A DNA stretch of 64,000 nt from Eledone cirrhosa (lineage: Eukaryota): NCBI GenBank assembly GCA_964016885.1, contig OZ024741.1, positions 330,832,001 through 330,896,000 of the forward strand, written 5' to 3'. This document shows, in pieces, positions 55,197 through 64,000 of the stretch. Both the position numbers and the translations under genes were made by a program. Below the pieces are notes generated by a model that did not search any database, had not been told where the DNA came from, and saw nothing but the letters and a program-made list of their open reading frames with translations. Every line of letters starts with the position of its first letter. Position 1 is the first letter of the stretch.

Positions 55197-56165
55197 TAAA
55201 AGAGAAAACACAGGTAAGCATTAAGAGAAGGATTTTATCCAGATATTTACGACCGTTTCATTGGTAAGTGCAACCTTATATTGCTATACTGCAAATAGCA
55301 GCCACTCAATTATAATTGTTGTTCACAGTCCAAATTTTCAAAATAGTAAGTTACTCTTGAAAGAATTCTTAATATATAGAGAAAAACATTTATTTGGAAT
55401 TGTATTTACTAGTATAGAGAGAGAGAGGAGGGGGAAGAGTTAGGAAGTAGAGTGACAAACTGAGATGGAGGGAGGGGTAGAGGTGGAAGGATTCCTTGAT
55501 CAGTTTTGATATTCAGACTTCATGTCGTGGAATGTAGTTAAAGAGAATTAAATTGATCATAGTTGGAGGGATGGATAGAGAGAGAGAGGGGGGGGGGATA
55601 TAAAGAGATAAATATATATATAAAAAATAAAGATAAAGATAATAATGACAAAAATAAAAGCAAAGAAGGGGGGGGGGAGAAAGAAGAAAAGAAAAGATAG
55701 CCAAGAAGGGGAGGGAAGGAAGGAAGAAAACGAAGAAATAGAAGAGGAATGAAGGAGAAGGGGGGGATATAGGTATTGGTTTTTGAGGGTAATTAAAGGG
55801 TTTAGATATAAGAGGGTATAAAGTCTAAGTATATGCAGTTTGTCAGTTGGTAGTAAGAGGTTAAAGGTTGGATTTGCATTTGTAGTGCGAAAACTTCTCT
55901 TTGGGTCTATGGTTACAATAAATTGATCTTTCGATTTTATTGTTGAGTAACTTATTCTTCGATCTCAAGATGTGGAACAGCTCAAGGTCGCATAATCGAC
56001 AGCTTCTCATACCACTCCGATATGGGGGCGCGTTCGATAATTTTTTCCACTTCAAGGTGTATTGATGGTTACTTTCCCTCAGTTGCCAGGTCTTGTTTGC
56101 AAGGGTAGTTACATAACGATGCTGGGAATGTTTCATTGCGTAACGGTGTGTATTTATACTCCAAG
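55193..56165 (-). mobile_element. Penelope-like 3' fragment (GIY-YIG C-terminus 55861-56160)
   Basis: TTLANKTWQL..LKW..CRLCDLE..LLNNK..CNH; polypyrimidine-rich 3' UTR. Confidence 0.7.
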
Positions 56166-56285
56166 ATTGAACGGAATTCTTACAAACTTGTGGAGTTACC
56201 CCTAACCCTACGTTGAAACCATCCATGAAACTGGCTTTCTTAACCACGAACTGGATCATAAAAAGCAATTTTCTGCTTCCCTAAC

Positions 56286-56435
<150 letters not shown>

Positions 56436-56949
56436 CATATATATATTATAAAAATTATAAAAATAAACAAAGAAGCCTTCAATACATCAAAAGTCTTTAT
56501 TAGCCCACAATGTTTCGTCCCATTAATAAGGACTCATCAGGGCAAGTAAATTGACAAGAAGCATTAACGGCCAGAACAAACAAAACTCAGAAGAATAGGG
56601 AATTCATATCCATGAAAGTTTAGGAAAGATATCAAGGAAAAGCATGCTAAAGCTAAAAGTGTGCAGTAAAAATTATATACTATAGGGCAAGAAAGCGAGT
56701 AATATGTTAAACCAAACCTACGTTGAAAGTAGAGTATAAGACAAATACATTAAATACAACATGGTAATATAATGTTAGAATTACAATATGATATAGTGGA
56801 TAATAATAAATAAAAAGCTTAATATAAGTATATATATATATATCCATATATATACACATTTACACAAACACATACTAACACTTATTAAGTATTTAAATAT
56901 AAATATACTCTTTATAATATAAAAATCACCCTGACGGTGTGCATAAACT

Positions 56950-58976
56950 TGTAGCGGTTGTCTCCCTTGTTTTGATTAGGATCTAGACGGGAAGTGGAAC
57001 CCTTTCTGCAACTTCCGGTCAGAGCCCTATAAAACTAACAACTTTGGGCTTCCTCTCTCTCTTTGCCTTTTCGGCACCAGGTCAAGAGTCTTCTCATTTG
57101 GCTCTGCCATTAATTTGGCCAACAGGCGCCTGGCTAAGGCCAGGCGCCCTCTGCCAGCCGCGTTTGCCTGGCAATCAAAACGGTAACTACTAACTTTGTT
57201 TCATTCTAACATCTATCTTTGACATGTCAAGTATTCTATCTACCGTTAATTAAATATTATATACACAAACATTGTCTCGTTTTGTTACATTCATGCAACC
57301 AGTAATCCCGCTATATTGGTAACCCTGACGTGATACGAACACGCAGCCGTTCATCGCTATAAGTGGTCACCCCCCCAAAAAAAAAGAAAAAAATAGCACA
57401 TCTGGTTTTGTGAGTAACATTACGAATACGCAGCAAATTTAGCGACAAACTATGAAAATACTCAAGGACACGCACACACGCACATGTGGAATTCGCACAG
57501 ACATACTTTTTCTCTCACGCATCAATTAACTGTCGCATTTCACCAATATATATATATATGTTTCTCGTTTCTTACAACGAACTCTTTCAAAACACCAAAA
57601 AAAAAAAGAAATTTGATATTCTTTAAAAAACATTTCAACAGGAACATTTATTTTCGATGAACCATTGCCTTTTGTCCTTCGTTTTCTTCATCGTTCAAGT
57701 TTTTTTTTTTTTTTTTTTTTTTTCCAAAAGTTCACACCTATAATTATGCTGATTGAAGCCTTTCTTTTTCATCATTGTCACTTTCAAAATTGCACTATCA
57801 TTTTCTCGCGCGTTAGAAATATTTTTTTTTCAACCTTGTATTGGCACGTGTAGGCAGCATAAATTCTCGATTCACTGAGATGTCTCTACTCAGACAGCCG
57901 CACGCCATTTATCACCAGGGATTCTTCAGCCTTAAGCTATATTCTTCTATTTGCCGGTTTATAAATTTACAATGTAAATTTACCGTTGATAACCGCGCAT
58001 TTATTAAGAATGCTTATTTCTCTGGTCGCTGGCCTCTTGACCCTTCCAGGTCAACGCATTCTCAACATCGACCATCAACTTCGGCTCTATTTCTAGCACT
58101 TTGCGCAACTCATTTTTTTCTAAAAAAAAAAATTTTTACTGTGAATTTAAACACCGAATACGCTCACTCAGCGAGACAACAGCAGCAGCAACAGCAATAC
58201 ATCAATACAGCTTCACCAAAGCCAGAGAATTCATTTTTGCAGCACTCTTCCTGTGAGAAAATCCATTCGGAGGTTGGAAATTTCACGATGTACCACAGAA
58301 CAGAAACCACCTGCATTCATTCTCTGGAACACACTTTCTTTCCAGCTGTCATGTGATTGCACACCTGTGAACTATATTTTGAACTTTGAGCTCTTCTATT
58401 ACTTTTACTTTATTACATTGTATCTTTGGGTGATGGATAGATGGATGTCCAGTCGTTCTCTGGCCAAGAGCGGTTGGCTACCTTGATATCTATCATTGAT
58501 TTTTCCAAACATTCTTTTGTCGTAATTTTCATGCCTGTTACAACATTCTCGCCAACTTGCTACATATTTTCATTTCGATTTTTATACACTAAAATTCTGG
58601 CGGGAGGTTATGTAGCGGTTGTCTCCCTTGTTTTGATTAGGATCTAGACGGGAAGTGGAACCCTTTCTGCAACTTCCGGTCAGAGCCCTATAAAACTAAC
58701 AACTTTGGGCTTCCTCTCTCTCTTTGCCTTTTCGGCACCAGGTCAAGAGTCTTCTCATTTGGCTCTGCCATTAATTTGGCCAACAGGCGCCTGGCTAAGG
58801 CCAGGCGCCCTCTGCCAGCCGCGTTTGCCTGGCAATCAAAACGGTAACTACTAACTTTGTTTCATTCTAACATCTATCTTTGACATGTCAAGTATTCTAT
58901 CTACCGTTAATTAAATATTATATACACAAACATTGTCTCGTTTTGTTACATTCATGCAACCAGTAATCCCGCTATA
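56950..58976 (+). mobile_element. Non-autonomous LTR retrotransposon (2027 bp; LTRs 56950-57315 and 58611-58976)
   Basis: Apparently identical 366-bp LTRs TGTAGCGG..CCGCTATA, PBS 57317-57348, PPT ggcgggaggtta, 4-bp TSD AACT, no recognisable coding. Confidence 0.93.
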
Positions 58977-59349
58977 AACTATACAAAAAAAAAACCAATA
59001 GAATAATAATATAATATATAGACATCAAAAAACATACAAAACTACATCATACATATCATTTGATGTCAACAAATTGTATATAAAGTTTTTCAAGGGTAAG
59101 AAAAAAATATCATATAAAACTAAAGTTATGTTGAAAAAATATATATATATAAATACATAAAATATTGACAATAAATATATATAGAGGTGTATGCAGTTTA
59201 CATTCATAAAGTATTACAAAATACTACAAAATATTACAAAATTGTACCTCAAATATCTGACATATATTAATACCTATAACTCAATTACATAGAAATAATA
59301 TGATATATCAATGTTAATATTATAATAATAATTATAAATAAAATAATAT

Positions 59350-59531
59350 AATTGTTTCTACTTTTGGCACAAGGCCAGCAAGTACCCAGTGCATTACTGG
59401 TACTTTATTTTATCGACCCTGTAAGGATGAAAGGCAAAGTTAACCTCGGCGGGATTTGAACTCAGACCTCAAAGGGATGTAACTATGCTGTAAAGCATGG
59501 CGTCCGACCCTCTACCGATACTGCCAATCCA
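59350..59531 (-). mobile_element. tRNA-derived SINE (mirror copy at 62175-62357, +)
   Basis: Same family as 42603-42796; present in both inverted arms. Confidence 0.88.
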
Positions 59532-60409
59532 CATAATATAATAGCAGACAGAGTCAATGGAAAATGTTTAAGATATATTTACGCGGTTAATATAGGAAGA
59601 CAGACATGCAAAGCAGAAAATGCAAATATGACAGACAGCAAGTGGTAGTAAAGAAGTAAAGAAGTAATGATGATGATGATAGGAAGACAGACAGCAAGTG
59701 GTAGTAAAAAAAATAAATTAAATAAAACGAAGAACAAAAACAAAAAACAAAAACAAGCACAGTAAACGTAGGTATAACAAGTCGTTATGTAAATATAGAG
59801 GATATTATTATTCTAAACTAAAGAATTGAATAGAAAACCTTATTAAATCGATTAATATTAAAAATTGCTTAAAAGATGTTACAGGTCCCTTCAAATGGAA
59901 TAAAGTTTAAGTCATCAAAGTCGTATAAAATTAGGATATTTCTATAATACTATCAATATGTAATACGATGCGTTCAAACGAATTACGTTATCAAAGAAAA
60001 AACTCAAAATAAAACTATGGTAGACCAAAGGGAACAGAAAGAAGTGAAACTATGGAGGATAGGAAGGATCATAAAAGTAAAAAATGAATACATAATATAA
60101 TAATAAAAAGGAGTATAAAAGTAAAAATTTAAATATAATATAATAAAAGGGGCGAATATTAAGTGTGGAAAGGATGAGGTTCATTATTTTTAGATGTAGG
60201 AGACTCAAAAATTTAAACTATTCAATAAGATACAAACTTACAAGGCGATAATATTGAGTAAAAATGTAATAATGTTTCAGATGATAGATATGGTAAGGTA
60301 GCTAATAAGACTATGAAAACTAAAATTCGAAAATCGAAACAACCGTAGAAAACTAATAATAATGGTAATAATAATAAACTAAAACCAAAGAGATATGGAA
60401 ATATAGCAG

Positions 60410-61803
60410 CTAATGGAAACGGTTTAAACTACTAGAACTTTTAGGTCTATAATAGAAGAAAGAATTAGAAATGGCATGTGGACAGGAAGAAAATATCTCA
60501 GATTTTCTATTAAGCAATATGTTCCTAGAGAAAATTATAGAGTGGGTCTCTAGGATACAAAGATTACAGAATTTAGTATGTGTTGATAGGTGATTAGAGT
60601 GTGCTACAATTCGCCAATTTAGGCTATATGGTATACCAGCCCCTTTTAAATCCCAGATATGGTGTGCCAAAGAAGTAGAGTTCTTAAACTTGATATGCTT
60701 AAAATTAGAAATATGTGAATTAAACCTAGTTTTAAAAGTATTCGATGTGGAGCCTATATATGTGCTACAAGAAGAATTAGTCTTAACTTCACATGCATAA
60801 ACAATGTTCCTAGAGAGGCAGTGACCATTTAAAGAGCAGTTATTACTTAATCTACAGTTACACTTCCGGGTACTAGTGACTAGCTGATTACGCGATGCAT
60901 TATTCCTAGTGTTATTATTATTATAAGATAAGATCTGCTCGGGCGGTAAGTTATCAATAGAGCTATCTAGATTAGCAGTACGCAAAGAGGAGTAGCTATC
61001 CCTAATTTTCCTATTGTTAGTGCTAGCTAGGTGAGAATTAATGTTAGGGTGGTAGAGAAGGAGATTTTAATTACATTTTTATTAAAGATACCATGATATT
61101 ATTAATAGGAGGGAAATTTTTCTCTAAAATAGAAAAGAAAGACCTAGGGATATTAGTTGATACTTCATGATCAAAAGGCGGGTTAAAGTAAGTATTGAGT
61201 CTCCTCCTATTCCTACGTTTACTATCTCTACCGTAATGTGGTATCCTATTAATAGGATCCGGGTTAATACGAGGAACAGTTGAAGTGATACTATTAGAAG
61301 CAGTTAAAACATTACCTCTGGGTGAACGTTCAGAGCGCCTATCCTGTTCTCTAGAACCAAACTCGAAATGCGTACCGTTAGACTCACTATTTCGACTACT
61401 ATTTCGGTAGTTAAACTTAGGGTTCGGTTTGGATATATCTACAAGATTTCTATGATTCCTATATTTTCTTCTCCCATTCAAGGCCATATTATGGGATATT
61501 ACGTTACTGTGGGTGATCGGAGTCATTCCAAGGTCGTCCTCCTTAAAATGTATTTTACCAGAGTAACCAGAGTTAGCTAGGGCATTATTATAATTCTCTG
61601 CATGTGAATTAAATATTCCTATATCCTTAGAGAGTGTGGAGATTCTATTAGATACACCATTAATTATAGAACTAATCATAGATTTAGGGTGGTTGGAATT
61701 AGGGTTAACGTAAGAGAGTGTCTCGTTTGGTTTGTGGAAGGGTTTATAACTATTAGTGACCAAGTCTAATGTCACATCTAAAAAGTTGACTGCTCTATCA
61801 TTC
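60410..61803 (-). pseudogene. Penelope-like ORF remnant (RT thumb, linker, GIY-YIG), frameshifted
   Basis: ORFs 61071-61775 and 60410-60985. Confidence 0.88.
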
Positions 61804-63325
61804 TTATTCCATTTGAAGGGACCTGTAACATCTTTTAAGCAATTTTTAATATTAATCGATTTAATAAGGTTTTCTATTCAATTCTTTAGTTTAGAATAAT
61901 AATATCCTCTATATTTACATAACGACTTGTTATACCTACGTTTACTGTGCTTGTTTTTGTTTTTTGTTTTTGTTCTTCGTTTTATTTAATTTATTTTTTT
62001 ACTACCACTTGCTGTCTGTCTTCCTATCATCATCATCATTACTTCTTTACTTCTTTACTACCACTTGCTGTCTGTCATATTTGCATTTTCTGCTTTGCAT
62101 GTCTGTCTTCCTATATTAACCGCGTAAATATATCTTAAACATTTTCCATTGACTCTGTCTGCTATTATATTATGTGGATTAGCAGTATCGGTAGAGGGTC
62201 GGACGCCATGCTTTACAGCATAGTTACATCCCTTTGCGGTCTGAGTTCAAATCCCGCCGAGGTTAACTTTGCCTTTCATCCTTACAGGGTCGATAAAATA
62301 AAGTACCAGTAATGCACTGGGTACTTGCTGGCCTTGTGCCAAAAGTAGAAACAATTATATTATTTTATTTATAATTATTATTATAATATTAACATTGATA
62401 TATCATATTATTTCTATGTAATTGAGTTATAGGTATTAATATATGTCAGATATTTGAGGTACAATTTTGTAATATTTTGTAGTATTTTGTAATACTTTAT
62501 GAATGTAAACTGCATACACCTCTATATATATTTATTGTCAATATTTTATGTATTTATATATATATATTTTTTCAACATAACTTTAGTTTTATATGATATT
62601 TTTTTCTTACCCTTGAAAAACTTTATATACAATTTGTTGACATCAAATGATATGTATGATGTAGTTTTGTATGTTTTTTGATGTCTATATATTATATTAT
62701 TATTCTATTGGTTTTTTTTTTTTTGTATAGTTTATGCACACCGTCGGGGTGATTTTTATATTATAAAGAGTATATTTATATTTAAATACTTAATAAGTGT
62801 TAGTATGTGTTTGTGTAAATGTGTATATATATGGATATATATATATATACTTATATTAAGCTTTTTATTTATTATTATCCACTATATCATATTGTAATTC
62901 TAACATTATATTACCATGTTGTATTTAATGTATTTGTCTTATACTCTACTTTCAACGTAGGTTTGGTTTAACATATTACTCGCTTTCTTGCCCTACAGTA
63001 TATAATTTTTACTGCACACTTTTAGCTTTAGCATGCTTTTCCTTGATATCTTTCCTAAACTTTCATGGATATGAATTCCCTATTCTTCTGAGTTTTGTTT
63101 GTTCTGGCCGTTAATGCTTCTTGTCAATTTACTTGCCCTGATGAGTCCTTATTAATGGGACGAAACATTGTGGGCTAATAAAGACTTTTGATGTATTGAA
63201 GGCTTCTTTGTTTATTTTTATAATTTTTCGGCTCTGTTGTATTACATTGAGCTATATCTTATACTGTCATTTCTATAATACGACGAGTGTGTTTTACTCC
63301 AACGCACTCTAGTATTTTAATTCTT

Positions 63326-63489
<164 letters not shown>

Positions 63490-63509
63490 CTATATATATA
63501 CATATATGC

Positions 63510-63542
<33 letters not shown>

Positions 63543-63584
63543 CATATATACATATATATATATACATACATACATACATATATT

Positions 63585-63676
<92 letters not shown>

Positions 63677-64000
63677 CATATATATATTACTTTCTTTCGC
63701 CCTCTCTGTCATGTCAGCTAACACTTTCTCTCTACTGACCTCTTCCTCACACTTCCACTCACTCACTCACTGTTTCTCCCCTTCTCACTTCACCCCGTTC
63801 GCGACGAAAACAATTTCCTTCTTTCTTACATTTGGATTCATCTCGAAATGTCTTTTTTCTACGCGCTCATTTATTCACCCAGCTTATGCAGACAGAATAA
63901 CTATGTAGCTTGTGCCCTTCCTATCTACGGTTAGCTTCCCTCTTTGTTGTTTACTTGTCTCACTCGCTTTACGCGTTTTAATTGTCCTAATAACTTAATT

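Noticed and set aside
55245-55350. Fourth UUGAAAA hammerhead candidate (minus strand)
   Set aside because: Stem I out of register and stem III not palindromic; at best a relic
56199-56210. Telomere-like ccctaacccta
   Set aside because: Under two units; expected by chance
57841-58356. 171-aa ORF inside the non-autonomous LTR element
   Set aside because: Non-ATG start and no gag, pol or env motifs

Overview
AT-rich, repeat-dense animal genomic DNA; the SINE/RTE repeat set and the (TA)n load suggest an octopus or other cephalopod (inference). The only host gene recognised is TMEM128 (three coding exons, 14927-17310, +). The rest is mobile DNA: a near-intact RTE LINE plus fragments, a near full-length CR1-type LINE with an unusual ORF1, a decayed Gypsy element, a young non-autonomous LTR element, a solo LTR, tRNA-derived SINEs and five Penelope-like (GIY-YIG) fragments. 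The main hidden signal, found by manual folding, is a dense system of type I hammerhead ribozyme (HHR) retroelements. It includes a ~505-bp retrozyme-like tandem array (15 HHR copies), a ~318-bp retrozyme-like multimer and about ten further HHR-bearing repeat families. Eight loci are fold-back (inverted) structures whose ribozyme-sense strands point outward into (TA)n microsatellites. Several HHRs have non-canonical cores (U3-A8 covariation, U4C, U.U closing pair, GUG site, long stem II). No ribozyme activity was tested or computed. The many Ile/Tyr-rich ORFs are microsatellite artefacts.
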